From the NCBI RefSeq assembly GCF_036321535.1, contig NC_087437.1:39558001-39622000 (forward strand): a stretch of 64,000 nucleotides of DNA, read 5' to 3'. A program made the translations under genes and the position numbers. Below the pieces are notes generated by a model. It searched no databases. It was not told the origin of the DNA and worked only from the letters and a program-made list of their open reading frames with translations. Shown one piece after another: positions 1 to 14,009 of the stretch; positions within the stretch are counted from its first letter, which is position 1, and each line of letters starts with the position of its first letter. Source of the stretch: Camelus dromedarius (taxonomy: Eukaryota).

Positions 1-149
1 GCAACCATTTTCATTAGGATTTCTCTCCTCAGCCCCTTTCTCTCCACAGAGACTCAACCTTGACCACCTTCTCTCTACAGGGACTGCTTCTTAATTCCCA
101 GAGAAAAATGAAAGCATAAAGCATGAGCTCTAGCAAACTCCCTCTCCAC

Positions 150-1400
150 CGACAAATCCCCCCGTATCCATGATTTCCCTCCCTTCCCGTGGAGGCCAAG
201 GCCCTCTCTCTGTCCCTGCATCCTGACCCCAAGGGTCTCCTACAGGGACTTGCTCTGTCGATCACTCACTCTTTTCAAGCTCTCAACTATCCCCCAACCT
301 TAGTTTCTTCCTCCACGCATGTAAATATGCTTTTGTTCACCCTTTATTTTGGGGGTGCTTCTCCAGTCATCTCTCTCGAAGGCAGACCACACTGTAGGGC
401 CAAGGGATAGCCATGGGGGGTTGTTGGCAGGGAAAGAGGCACGGGTGGAATTTGGGCTGACAGGCTGGGTGGCCGTACATATGGTATGTTTGCAGGGTTC
501 CTATGTATGGAGGTTGTGGGGTGGGAGCCAGATAGGGCTCCTGTAGGCTGGGAGGCTGGGGTTGCCCTCTCCAAACTACCACAGTCCAAAGCAGAACTCT
601 GAGGAATCCAAGAGTTCAGAATTCAAGCCTGGCCTTTCCTTTGGTTATACAGGCACATTTGTCAGACAGTAGAACGTTATTTAACAATTTGTCTTATTGG
701 TTCACAGCTTTTAGATATTAGACGTGTGGTATGTTTGCCTCCGTTGATACTCTGGCCTGGTCCTTGTTAACATAAAAGGTGTCTTGCCTCCAGCTACTGT
801 AAGCTGGCTTCCCATATTCACCATTCTCTTGAAACATTTATTGTTAAAGTCATAGTTCTTTCCATTTGATGCTACTAGCCAATTGCTCCTCCAGACTCTC
901 CTCCCTCAGCATCCCACGGCTGGCTCCCAGTTTCCTCCGTCCTCTCTGCCCTTTCCTGTTTGTCTTTCATGGGGGCTTAGCCCATCATCAGTCATCGAAA
1001 TGGTAATATTTCCCAGAGTTCCGTCCTTGGGCTTACTTTCTTCTCATTCTACATTCTCCCCCGTCATATAGATTTTTAGTTCCAAATCTATAACTTACCT
1101 CAGTGGGTCTCAGACCCATTTTCCTATATCCAGACAATTCTATCCATTGAGCAGTTCTTATCTCTCATGCACCTCAGGTTTAAAGTGGCCAAAATTGAAC
1201 GGGTTATTCATTCTCCACCCTTTTCACGCATGTCCCTCCCACTCCTTCCTCACTCCTGCAAATGGCACTACCTTTACCTGGTTCCCCAGACGAAACTCTG
1301 GGAGCTATACTCGAGTGTGCTTTTCTTCCTGTCCCATATCGAGTCCTTCACCAAGTGCTATTGACACTACTTCTTAAATCCCGATTGACTGCCAGTCCCT
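150..1400 (+). mobile_element. Degenerate L2 LINE fragments, interrupted at ~390-840 by an unrelated (possibly LTR) segment
   Basis: Pyrimidine-rich L2-like motifs (cccagagttccgtccttggg...ttctcattctacattctccc, ccaaatctat, ccaaaattgaac). Recognised by eye. Confidence 0.55.
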
Positions 1401-1494
1401 CCCCTTCATTCTTCCAGACAGTTCTTCGGAGATGATTAGTTTTTAATAGATATCCACCACTTCTCCCATAGACGATTATAACTGTTCCCAGATT

Positions 1495-1760
1495 CAGTTT
1501 TTATCATGCTGAAGATGAGATCCGTAAGTGGTTATGAAATCCTTATAGTGGGTCATGATCAGCACCTTAAAAAAAAAAAAAAAGAAGAAGAAATAGAATA
1601 GAATGGAATAGACTAGAATAGAAAATATCAGAGCGAAGTGCATGAGTTAAAGGAAAATGCTGTTTACTGCAACCTTTGACTCACTTATATTTATGTATAT
1701 ACCTATTCATACATACAGATATGTAGGTGGTATGTATCACCTAGTATGGATTCTAACACC
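1495..1760. mobile_element. Non-autonomous hAT/Charlie-like DNA transposon fragment with an internal (GAATA)n tract
   Basis: gtggttatgaaatc..tagtgggtcatgatcagca..gaatagaatag..gaaaatatcagag resembles this class; subfamily not assigned. Confidence 0.4.
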
Positions 1761-1768
1761 AGTTCCGG

Positions 1769-2425
1769 TGTGTGTGCTTAGAGGAAGGGGGAGGTTTCCC
1801 TACATTTCCAAGCAAGCCACACCAACCCAACAGCCACTGGGCGTCCTGCAATTCAGCTCAACTCTGACACTGTCTACCCAGAAGGAGCATCAGGCCCCAG
1901 GGGTTAGACGCTCAGTCCCACAGGGGCGCTCCCCACTCCCACTTCAGAGGCTAGTCGCAAGTCCGTGTTGCCTGTGCTCCTGACCAACTGATTATAGATC
2001 GGAGAGTCCAACCGCCCCTTCCTCAGGCTTCATTAATTGGCTAGAGCAGCTCATGGAACTGAAAGAAACATTTTCCTCACTAGATCATCAGTTTGCTAGA
2101 AGGCTGTAACTCGGGCGCAGTCAGGTGAAAGCGACGCACAGAGCAAAGCATGGGCGCAGGGCTTCCATGCCCTTTTTGAGTAGCCACTCCTCCCAAACCC
2201 CCACGTGGCGTGTTCACCAGCCTGGAGGCTCCCCAAACCCTGTGCCTTGGGGGTTTTGTGGAGGCTTCGTTACATAGGCATGATGGATTAAGTCATCAGC
2301 CACTGGTGATTGATTCAGCCTCCAGCCCTTCTCTCATCCTCCAAAGACAGGGGTGCGACTAAAATTTCCAACCCTTTAATCACATGGTTGGCTTCATTGG
2401 CAACCAGCTTACCATGCTACCTCAT
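1769..2425. mobile_element. MER21-like solo LTR (ERVL)
   Basis: Characteristic motifs ctgggcgtcctgcaattcagctcaactctgacactgtctacc, ctcagtcccaca, ttggctagagcagctca, ttccaaccctttaatcacatggttgg. Confidence 0.75.
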
Positions 2426-3479
2426 GGTTTTTTTTAGCATGGCATTATAAATGTCTTTAAAATATACGATCAGGCTTGTGATTTGAAAAATAAAGTTGCT
2501 GATGGTGCGAAGGGCTGATAGGTATATGAACAGACTGGAACCAGAGAAATCAGGCAGAAGTCTACTTGATCAGCCAAAAGAAGACAAAAGATGAAGAGGA
2601 TTAAAAAATGTAGAGCCAGTGAGAAAAAAAGGAGCAAGAAGGCATGGACCAGACACAGGAGAACGTAGTGAGGAGGGACTGACGGGCCTTGGTGAAAGAA
2701 TCCATGTGGCCACTCAGGTGGAGGCAGGTGTTTCTATTAGATGATGCTGTGAACCAAACCATGGAGGAAACTTCCTGTTTTGCAGAGAACAGTGAGTTGA
2801 GTTTGTGCACTAATAAAACCATCTGAGGAGTCTTCAAAATACCGACAGTCATTGAAGGATTCAGAGTGTAATAAATGATGAAAAACAAATTAGAGGAAAT
2901 ATATAAGATGTATGTATTAAATTAGAGTAAATATCAGTGGTTAAAACTATCAGAACATATCTTAAAAGTTTAGATATACGTAGAGATTTTAGGGCAAGTG
3001 TTACTTCCAGGAAAATAAGAGTTAATACAAAATAAAATGTAATGCATTGTAATGCATGGGTCAGCTATGAATAATATTTAAAGAATCATATTAAAATACA
3101 TTCATTATGATAAGCTTTAAACTCTTAATTTTGAGCTATCTGGTACTTGTTATATAACTATACTGGCAAGATAAGAGGAAGGAGTGTGGAGGAATTATGT
3201 AGGACTGTTCAATTCTTATTTTTCATAGCAGGAATCTGAGGATAGCATCTAAAGCTGAACCAACTGATAAATAACAATAAAAGAATGGTATTTATAGATG
3301 AGTATTTAAGCACCTAAAAAGGCTTGAAATTGTGTGCATCTGAAAGCAGGAAAAGGGAATAAGACAAGAGGCCAACTGATTTTTTAAAAAATATTATTAA
3401 TAATTTGATTTTGTACACATGATAATAACTAAACAATAAGCAGATTAAGGTACAACTCTATATGTATATATTTATATAT

Positions 3480-4330
3480 GTATTTTAATGCACAAATAGA
3501 AAAGGGCACACATCATAAGTGCTACTTCAATGAATGAATGAACTCAATGAACACAGTGGACACTCCCAAATAACCATCACCCACGTTAAGAAAAAAACAT
3601 ATTCATACCCAGAAGTTCCTTTTTACACTCTCCACATCACTAACCCTTCCCTCCTCTACAGAAGTGATTCACTATCCTGTCTACTGCCATCATGGAACAG
3701 TATTACCTGTTTTTTTTAACTTTATAGAAATCAAATAACAGAGTATGTATTCTTTTGCATCTAGCTTTTTTTAACTTAAAATTGTATTTGGTGAAATTTA
3801 TCCATGTGGTTTCATGTAGTTGCAGTCTTTCATTTTTAATTCTATGTACTATTTTCTTATATACAAACACCAGAGTCATTGGTCTATTTGTTTATTCTAC
3901 TGCTGATGGATACTTGAATCAGTTAGTTTGGAGCTACTATGAATGATGCTGCTGTGAAGACCTTTGGATGGGAATTATGGTGCAGATGTGTACATATTTC
4001 TGTTGAGTAGCTGGAGCATATGGCATAGCATAGATTCAGTTTTCATAGGTAATGTTTGAGCAATTTTCCAAAGTGGTTGTACCAATTTATGCTCCCACCA
4101 GCAATGTGTGAGAGTTACCATTTCTCTATGTCTTACCAACACTTGGTATTGCCAGTCTTTTTAATTTTATGTGTGTGAAGGACTATCACATTAAGTCTTT
4201 TTTTAATTGGTACTTCTTGATTTGTGAGGAAGTTGAATATTTAGATATCATCTTTTGTGAAGTACCTAAGCCTCTTGCTTATTTTTCTATTGAGATTGTC
4301 CATCTTTTTCTTATTGATTAGGAGGGGTTC
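3480..4330 (-). mobile_element. Old L1 (L1M-type) 3' region
   Basis: Antisense L1 motifs ttttccaaagtggttgtaccaatttatgctcccaccagcaatgtgtgagagtt and tcttaccaacacttggtattgccagtc. Confidence 0.8.
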
Positions 4331-4859
4331 TGTATGTGTGGATTACCATGAATCCATCACACATTCTGAAGACAAAATGTTCTACCTAATTATCCTTTTG
4401 GCTAGAATTTTTGCATACCATTTAAGAAAAAAATTTTACATTAAATTCATGAAGATATCCTAACTGTATGTCATGTCAAATTTTTGTTGTTTAGCTTTTT
4501 CTTTTAGGTATACAATTCAACTGGAATTAATTTTGTTTTTTTGGTATTATGTCAGGGAGGTGTCAATTCTTCCTAAATTAATTAGCAAATTGAATGACTC
4601 CCAGTTGAAATAAATAAGTCAATAAGACTTTTTAAAAACTATATGAGTTAATTCTAAAATTCCTTTAAAAAATAAACAACTGGTAATGATCAGCAAATTT
4701 TGAAAAAGTTAAACAACTGCATGGGTTTGACCCATTAGCTCTGTGGACTGTGCACTGAACAATTCCAGAGTGGGGTGAGGCGGTGGGCATCACTAACCCT
4801 GTAGTTTATATAAAAACTGGCCCTGAGAAGGAATTATGTGCAACCTACATGATTGTAGA

Positions 4860-6000
4860 GAACAGATTTGACACTACCATAAAACCTTCTAAAAAGCTAT
4901 ATTATAATAGTCTGTTATTGGCTTCTCAATACGTAGATTGATTAGTGGGAAGAGTGAAAGCCCCCAAAATAAAACAAAATTTGCATAGAAATCTAGTATA
5001 TGAAAAGGTGGCATTTCAAATCAGATGTAAAAAATCGATTATTATTAAATTATGTTTGGGAAACTAAATATAATCTCCACCTTATACCATACAACAAAAC
5101 AAACTTTTGGTGAAACAAAATATAATTTAAAAATAATCAGAGAGGGGAACTTCTCTCTACATATACACAAATGAAAAAAGAAAAGATCAATGAACTTCAC
5201 TGAAAAAATAATCTCCTCAAAAGAGAAGTTAAAAATTAAAATTAATATCACAAATAAAAGACTGTTTACTTAAGTAAAGAGCTCCTTTGAAAACAAAACA
5301 AATAACTCTGGAGAAATACAGGCAAACAGTAGGAAAAGACAACTAAACAGATACCTTACCTAAGAACAAACAAACCATCACCAACAAAAAACTAATGGTC
5401 TTTAAACATAACAAAAGAGTCACACAAACTCACTCATAATGAAAGAAAGACACCATGTTTTGTCATTTTTAGATCGACAAAGACCAAGATACTGGATCAT
5501 TATGTTGGTATGGGGAAACAAACTCTCATACAATAATGATGAGAATATTAATTGGTGACAAGTCTTTAGGGATTAATCTAATGCCTATAATTTTTGACTT
5601 TGTAATTCTATGACTCTTTACCAGGATATTCATTAAAATGTTATTTCCAGTAGTAAAATATGAGAAATGCCCTTAAGCATTCATTAGGAGATTATCAATC
5701 AGTCAAATTATGGTACAGTGGAATATTATGTACCTGAAAAGGGGGAAGAGAGGCAGGAGAGGAGAAGGAGAAAAAGAATGGAATTTTATTTAAATTTATA
5801 TGCAACTATTTCTAAGAAAAAATTAAGTTCAAAGAATCCATATAGTATGCTACCATTTGTGGGAGAAATAAAGGGAGTAATATGCATGTCTTCTGGAAAG
5901 ATATACAAGAATCGTAAAACAGGATTTGCATTTGTGAAGGGGAACGAGGTTGCTGGGATACAAGGGAAGAAAGAAAATTAATTTTCTTATTGTGCTCCCT
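4860..6000 (+). mobile_element. Highly degraded L1 (L1ME-like) ORF2/3' fragments
   Basis: A-rich with L1 remnants (atatgaaaaggtggcatttcaaatcag, ccttataccatac, aaattatggtac..tggaatattatg, atagtatgctaccatttgtg). Confidence 0.6.
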
Positions 6001-6779
6001 TTTAAGAGGAGATATTACTTATGCAGAAAAGATGACTGAAATAGCTTACTAATGAAAATTAAAATGATAAAAGCCAGAAGGGATTATAGTAGCATATGAA
6101 TTATGCACCAAGTGTTGCATATGCAACCTTCTTCCCCACTACGTGGTAGTTACCGCTCTTTCCCCATGGTCCTGCATTAGTTTAATAACAAAACTACAGT
6201 CCTTATCCAAGTGTGTCAGGTTCAAGCCATGAACTTTTTCGCACTGTGCTTTCTCTTGCTACAACAACATATTTTACTGAGATTCTCTTTAAAGCCAACG
6301 GGATGGTGTCACATCCCACTAGTCGACTTCTAATCCACCCGTCTTTTCACTTGCCCCTCTGCCTTCCCTCTCCACCCCCCCACACTCACACAAACCCATG
6401 TATGCACAGAAATGACTTTGTTTGGAAGGCAACCACCTACCGTGAAGTGACCCAGAACCTCTCACTGTTCCATGGATAATTGTAGGAAACCAACAAATAG
6501 TTTTCATGCTTAAGACATATGCGAGTAATTGGTCAAAGTTAAGTGGCATCCATCCTACTCTGCATAGCTGGACTGTTCATGCAACCCTCAACCCTTGCAT
6601 TCCTCTGTAAACTGTTCTGTTTACACAGGCAGTATTCTAAGCACATGGAGCTATCTTAGGCTGTCTTCATGATCATATCCCAAATATTCAAAAGACAAGG
6701 AGCAGGAGACAGTTGATATAGAGAAATGTAATTGCTGGTTGATCAACAGGAAGGTGAAATAGCATTCCCTCATCACTAG

Positions 6780-7030
6780 GAGAGAAAAGTGACTGAGTTC
6801 ACAGCCCTTGGGGACAGATGCAGCTGAGTGGGTTCCCAGTTCTTTTATTAACCCACTTTGTAATCTTGGATAAGTTTCTTAACTTCTTTAGCTTCAGTTT
6901 TCCAGATGATAAAATGGGAATAATAATAATACTGTCTATCTCATGGGCAGGATTGTTGTGATAGTTAAAAAAATGAAAGCATTATCCTCAGTGCTTGATA
7001 CATACCAAGGTTTCAATAAATAGTAATTAT
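6780..7030 (+). mobile_element. MIR SINE
   Basis: Core tgtaatcttggataagtttcttaacttctttagcttcagttttcc..taaaatgggaataataata. Confidence 0.8.
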
Positions 7031-7704
7031 TGCTTGAGTACTATTTGAATACCCCACAGGCCAAACCATCAGTGAGTCCTGATAGGCTCTCTGCTACAAC
7101 CTGACCCAAATGGGACACTCCTTCACCTCTTTGCCCGATTCCATTCTTTCACCACACATCTCAGGGTGTCCGAGTATCTTTACACTCTTCTCCCTCTAAT
7201 TCTACACAGCTCACCCAGATGATTCATGGAGGACGTCCTTCCAACATCAAGGTCTGTATAGGAATGTCACAAGCTCAGAGAGGCTTGCCCCAACCAAACA
7301 CCATTTTGTTTCATGTATCCTCCAGAGCCTAGAACAATGTTAAATACATATTTGCCCTTCAAAATACTCTGTGTTACATTGTATAATATCAGACAACTTA
7401 AAAAAAAGACCCATTAAAATGTTTTGATTGTATGCCGAGCATTTGCCACCTTCACCAATTATTTTCTATCATCTTCTTGATAAAGAAACAGAGGATCATG
7501 AGTTTTCACATTTTGCCCAGTATATTTTAAGAAATTGTTCTCATTTTAATTATTCTTTAATTTTTCATCCTACCTGAGAAGAAAATCTCCAGTTAAAGCT
7601 AGTATTTCTCTAACACATTTCTAACACTTCCTGACATTCCCCTTTTCTCAATTAAAAGCAAGTAGACAGAGACCACAGTCCTAGTGGGCAACAGTGTGGT
7701 ATTC

Positions 7705-8090
7705 ATCAGAGTTGGTCAGGTTCTGCTGTGGGTGAAAATCACACTCAAAGTCTCAGTGCCTGAACTGAACAAAAGTGTATTTCCTATCCACAGCTCATGT
7801 CCTAAAGGGTTGGTGTTCAGCAGGGAAAAAAGGCTGTGCCATCATCACTCAGAGACCAGGGCTGGGGCATTACTGTCTCACAGCTGCACCCTCTGGAACC
7901 TGGAATTTTCTTCTGTGCCACGTCAGAGGACGGGAGTGAAGGGAACTGTGCATGGTCAATTAAATTATCTGTTGCAAGAGCACTGTGTGTGCCTTCCCCT
8001 TGCAGTCTGCTAGACAGAGCTAGTCACGTGGACCTCGCCAACAGGACATGTGCTTTTCCACAGGCCCAGGAAGGAGTCACATCGACTACA
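7705..8090. mobile_element. MLT1-type MaLR LTR
   Basis: caggttctgctgtggg..aaagtctcagtgcct..aacaaaagtgtatttcct..gctagtcacgtgg resembles MLT1J/K. Confidence 0.6.
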
Positions 8091-10779
8091 AGTATCTTGC
8101 TGGAATCTAACAATATTGCTGTAGTTTTTCGTTGTATTTATTTTTATGATTAAGTGATATTTATGAAAAGTGGGTTTCTATTTATATGTTCTTTTAAAAT
8201 AAAATTATCGAAGTACAAAAAAGAAATCAAGATAAAGAAATGTTAAGTAAACAATTATTCAGGTGGTATACAGATAGAGCAAAAATTGTGGCGAAAGCTA
8301 CATTGTGAAAATCGGGAATAGCTGTTCTCATGGGAGGTCACACAGCTAGTTTGTGACAAAAATGAGAAAATTCCAGGTCTCTGACTCCACCTCTGTGCCC
8401 TCCCCATGTTGCTGTTGCTTTTCAGATCAAGCCCATGTGATAGTCTGGACCCTTCTAAGTGTGGACACGTTAAGGAGAAGAACTCCGCTTTCTAAAATTA
8501 TTTTTTGTAATATCTTTGGACAGCATTTTAGGAAAAAATAAACAAAATGACCTGGTTACTACTTCTTAGTCAATTTTACAAAGTATTAGAACTTACTGGA
8601 AGAACATGGAGAGGGAATTACTGATTTTAAGTACTTGAAAAAACACTGAAGAAAATGTGACCCATTTAGCAGTGGCGGTAACAGCAGACACTAAATCAGC
8701 AATACTAGCAAAAGGGCGCTTATCTGTAAAGACCATGCTGAAGAACTTCAGAGCGAAATAATTCAAATCTTTATCTATTAGCCTGTGTATTTTGCTCAAA
8801 AGAGGTTTACAAAGCCACAGAGCTCACTGAATCTTATTTACACTGTCACATAGATCTGCTTATTAGAAGTTCTTCAGCAAGATTTCCAACTTATCCTTCT
8901 GTTATTTTAAAAAAATTTGTCAGTTGAAGACCTTAATCCTTACTTTGGGCCTTTTAGCAAGTGAATTTTTATGAAAGAATTGATCTTTGACAAAAACAAA
9001 GCAAAGACAACTAAACAAAATTCTGCACTCATCTCTCCACCTTACGGCCCTTTCTCCCATCCCAGGTCTGCTTCATCAGAAGCGGGTCCAGGTCGCTGCC
9101 ATCGTCCCCTGCTTCATAAGCCCTGTCTCGCCCATGCGGAGAGTGCTTCAAATTAGTCCCCTTACCTTCTGCTTTCACCCTACTCTGCCCTCTTCAAAAA
9201 CCATGGACTCCGCTTGCTACCACGGAGGAAAGGATCAGACCCACTAATTCAAAATAATGCCAGATGAAATCACTTAATATGTTACACCCCCCCCCCAAAT
9301 AATCCATTAGTAAGTTAGGAGAGTGTGACCGTCACAGACCAGGATGACTTCAGTCGTGAGGGTAGGGTGAGGAGATATTTTTTGACAAGGTCACAGCACT
9401 AGCTGGCTTTCTGCTAGCCTTGTTAATTCTGCTTCTTTTGGGGGTAACCTCTGATTCTTTGTTCTCCAGAATTATTTATCCTGATTGAGAGGTGCTGCCT
9501 ACAAGAGATGATTGGAAGAAGCCAAATTTTTCTCCTGCAAGGAAATAATACAGAGAAAGAAAGTATTAAAAGTCAGCTTTGCCTTCTGAGATGTCAGATT
9601 AGGGGAGGGTTTTTACACAAGCTGCTTCAGATCACTTCCTTCTTCCTTATGAGAGCTCAACACCGTGCAGCTGGTTGGTTAAAGGAGCCCCACTTCTGCC
9701 GAGTAGTCAGAACTCCAAACTGAAGTGAAGCAACGCGAATCAACATGCAGGAAATGGGCACCTTAACTCTATTTTTATAATAAGTACAATGATTTTGTTG
9801 CTTTAAAGACGTGTTTTCTTTTCTTTCTGTTGAACAAAAAAACCCAAGTTCAAATAGGGTCCAGCACTTATGGTGTCGGTGCTGATTCGGGCACACTCTG
9901 AGGCGCTCTAAGCCCTGAACGCGTGACGAAAACCCTTGCCCCCAGCTCCCCCGTGGAGCACTAGGATTGCGTCTCACTCCGCCCACACCCCACTCCACAC
10001 CCTGAGGATGGGGCACGGGGAAGTGGCCCAGAAAGCAGACACTTGAGTCTGGGCTCCACATCAACTCTATGACTTTGGACCTTGGACAAAACCATCATTA
10101 TTCTTTCCAGATCTCACTGTTGTCACCTACCTAGTGAGCAGTTGGGCCTCGTCCCACTCTCACAGTTGACGATCTGGAAGCATATATGTCGCTCTGTCAG
10201 ACAAAACCTCTGTTTGGTTTTCTTTTGTACTGTTTAATAATTTGGAAGAAATGTTTTCATTTGTTTTTATGTTTTTCTTATTTAAAAACATGTTAATTTT
10301 TAAATAATATAAAAATCTAGATAAGCAAAAAGAAGAAAACAAATTAAATTCACCCATAATCCTACTACCCAATAAAATGTTACAGTATATAGCCTCCAGC
10401 CATTTGCATTGTGATTGTTCAGTTAACAATATGCTGAGATTATCTACCCACGACTTAACCACGGTCATGCCGGCATAGCACAGTTCACCTCACTGAGTCT
10501 TTTTTGTTTGATTTTTATGTTGATAAAATTTGTTTATTGTTATCCATGTTTAATGAACAGCCATGTATACAAATATTGGTGTATAATACTAATTAATATC
10601 TTAGGGTGAATTCTCAGAATCAGGAGTCTCTTGCTCATGAGGTATGCTTACAAAAAGAAATACTTTTTTTTTAAACACAAGAGTAATTCATTATTGTTGA
10701 AAGCACTAAAATAAAAGTGTACATTATAAAAAGTTACTTTTTCCACTTCAGTCCTAGAGGTAACCATTGATAATGGTTC

Positions 10780-11300
10780 AGAGAACATCCATTGATTTAA
10801 TAAAACACATAGACTAGACACAATGTCTGTCTTAGTTATGGGGAACATGACACAGATCACAGTAGACACTGCACCCACGGAGCTTAAGAATTTAGGAAGA
10901 GAAATCTTAAATTATCTATAAATATATACAATTACACGTTGTAATGGGTGCGCTGAACATGTCGTAAGTGATTTGATGAGCGAGTACAAGGAAACTACTT
11001 AATTTTCATGAATAAGTGGAGAATGTTTGAGACGCTATCAGGGAAAGTTTCTCTGAAGAAGTAAGTTATAAGTTAAAATCTAAAGGGTAAGCTAATTTAG
11101 GAAGTGTTCCAAGTTCACAGGGTACTATGTGCAAAGTCCTTGAAAGTGGAGTTGAATTTGGTGAGTGAAGGTAATAGAACACATGAGAAACAGGCAAGTG
11201 GGAACAGACTAAAGAGGCAGGCAAAAACTGGCTCACGCAGGGCCCTGGAGGCCATGATATAGATTCTAAAAATAATGGGAAATTTATTGGAGGCTTCCCC
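10780..11300 (-). mobile_element. L2 LINE 3' fragment
   Basis: tcagggaaagtttctctgaagaagtaag, atgtgcaaagtccttga, gcagggccctggaggccatg, aatgggaaatttattggagg. Confidence 0.65.
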
Positions 11301-11328
11301 CATTAAACTAGTGTGTATGTCTAGCTTA

Positions 11329-11710
11329 TGTAGTCCCATGCCAGATGTGGTCTGTTGGCACCCAGCACCTTTCCCAGCATTCCTCTATATCACAGGGGCC
11401 TGGGTGCTTGAAAACAAAACCCCAGTCCCCAGACACCCTAGCCAGTTGGTTTCCAGTTCGGCACAGTGACAGGCATTGGTGGGAGGTGAGAAGGCAGCAG
11501 GAAGGCTGACTCCATCAGCAGCAGCCATGGTCCCACAGCTCCATGGTGAGGGCACAGGCTACTCCCTGCTCCCTGGTTTACATCCTTTTCTTCCTTTGCT
11601 TTTTCAGCCCTTCCAATGCTTTTGTGGTGCAACCCTTTGCATTCAATCCCTCTCTGCTTAAAATATTCAGAGTAGTTTCTGGTTTCCTTTCTAGACATTG
11701 ACTTAATGTT
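11329..11710 (+). mobile_element. LTR33-like ERVL solo LTR
   Basis: Starts tgtagtccc; 3' motif aatccctctctgcttaaaatattcagagtagtttctggtttcc. Confidence 0.55.
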
Positions 11711-12094
11711 TCTGATTTGGGCAAATACTTTAGTTTCTTACTCACCATGACTATTGCACATGCCCCCAAAGAAGTTTGCAAAACTCTTTTATGAATCAGT
11801 TCACTTTAATTCTGGGTAACACGTGGCTCCTTGGCTACAGTTTTATTGCCAGTCTTGGTATAGTCATCGGTAGGAGTCATAACTGAAGCACTTAAAAAAA
11901 TATATAACAACAATCCTTATTTCAAGAATTCTTTGAAACAATTCTTCCTGTGAGGATTGTAAGTCCGATGTTCTAATTGAAACAGTTCTAATTTTGCAGG
12001 TACTAGTATGTTATCCTCTGATTACCTTCGACATTACCAAATTCTGTGTCCTGCCCTGAAAATACTGCCCCTTACATATATATGTTAGTCCTCC

Positions 12095-12525
12095 TGTCAT
12101 ACAGATGATGTGGATGTTTGTTTTTGCCCTCCATAATGTATGCCCACTTATTTGGGAGGAGTCTCTCAGTCTGGCTGCACGGGAACAGGCCTTTCCTGCC
12201 CCATACCTTCAGATGAGTTTAATGGTGTCTTGATCCAGTAGGATTTCAGGTAGAGCCAATTTCATACTCTGTCTCTAGAATTTCAATCTAGACCCCGAAT
12301 GACAAAAAATGCTGAACATAATGATAGTTGATTCATCTTGATAACAGCCTAAGGGGCTGTCTGTGGGTCTGGCTTTGCCTACCCACTGGTTCTGGGTCAT
12401 GTTCTAGGTCTGGGTCCCCAGCTCTCTCTTTCACTGTTAAGAGCTCTCCTGTTATGCACCTGGTAATTTGTTTCTCTGAGTTGAAAAGAATTCGTTTCTT
12501 TCACCTTAAAGAACCATACAGACAG
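12095..12525 (+). mobile_element. Old ERVL LTR (LTR16-like)
   Basis: Degenerate LTR-like segment ending tttctttcaccttaaagaaccatacagaca; family assignment tentative. Confidence 0.35.
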
Positions 12526-12547
12526 AGAGGGATTGAATTACATCTGT

Positions 12548-13275
12548 TGTTTTTAATTGGAGTAAAATATATATAGCATAAAATTATGATCTTAACTATA
12601 CTAAGTGTACAATTCAGTAGTGGTAAGTGAATTCACATTGTTGTGCTTCCAATCTCTGGAACTCTTTTCATCTTGCAAACCTGAAATTCCATACCCATTA
12701 AACAACAACTCCCCATTCCTCCCTGCCCCCAAGCACTGGCAACCACCTTTCCGCTCTCTAGCTCTATGAACTTGACTATTCCAGGTGCCTCATACGGGTG
12801 GAATCACAGTATTTGTCTTTTTGTGACTAGCTTATTTCACTTAGCATAATGTCCTCAAAGTTTACCCGTATTGTAGCATGTGTCAGAATGTTCTTTCTTT
12901 TTGAGGCAGTAATACTCCACTGTTTGTATATTACACATTTTGTTTATCTAATTCATTCATCAGTGGTCACCTGGGTTGCTTCTACTTCTTAGCTATTGTG
13001 AATAACGCTGCTACAAGCAGGAGTGTACAAAATCTCTTCGAGACTCTGCTTTCATTTCCTTTTGGATGTAAACCCAGAAGTGGACGCATGGGATCGTATG
13101 GTTATTCAAGTTTTGCTATCTCCAGGAACTGCCATACTGTTTTCCATACTGGCTGCACCATTTTACATTCCTAGCAACAGTGCACAAAGGTTCCGATTTC
13201 TCTACACTCTTGTCAGCACTTGTTATTTTCGGGAGGGTGTTTTTTTTTTTTTTTTTTTTTGGATAGTTGCCATCC
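12548..13275 (-). mobile_element. L1MA/L1MB-type 3' end
   Basis: aagtgtacaattcagtagtggtaagt..ttcacattgttgtgc, ctggcaaccacc, tagcttatttcacttagcataatgtcctcaaag, gccatactgttttccata. Confidence 0.88.
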
Positions 13276-14009
13276 TACATCCTTTTTCTAAATATTTTAA
13301 ACATTTTCTAAATACTGCACCAAGGACAGTCTCATATTCAGAAATGAGTTATGTAAAATGTAATGAACAATTAAATACTAACCTAAATGTCTTGGGGAAG
13401 AGCTGGCTGGCTCTCTAAACTCTGGCGCTCCTGGACCTAGCCTATTGATTTTTTCCTTTACTCTTACCGCTTCTCCCACAATCCTTCTGTTAAGAATTCT
13501 TTAAACCTGGAGAAAAAGAAAGAAGTGCACTTTTTAACTGTGCTTGCTTTCACGTTTGCTTTCTCTCACGGTGAGTCTGCTAACCATCTTAGAGAGGGTT
13601 TAAGTCATGTCATGTTAATAATTTCAAAATGTAGGTTTGGAGTGTATCTTTTTTTTTCTTTCTTTCAAAAAAGGATAAGGAGGAAACCCAAAAACCTGCT
13701 AAAAATTGCAAACAAGATGCCTCAGGCCCTTCCCTTATCGAGGAAGCATTTAGGATCTTTTAAAAACACTAGTGTTTTTCTTACTTGAGATAACCTGGAT
13801 AGAAAAAGCCTGGGAACCAGTGCTTGGCGCTCACCTTTCAGACTCTTCACAGCCAAGACACAGACGCCTAACTGTCTCCCGGGCACATTTGCATCTCCAG
13901 CAGCCTTGCTCTCTGTGGGCACATATCCTTGGTTTGGAACATTCTTTTTTGGAGTTCTTTAGCTGCGCTTGAACCAGGAGGATCGGAGACGCTTGGCTAA
14001 GGGTGGGCT

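Noticed and set aside
393..836. TG...CA-bounded segment interrupting L2 as a named solo LTR
   Set aside because: No matching target-site duplication and no family I could assign with confidence.
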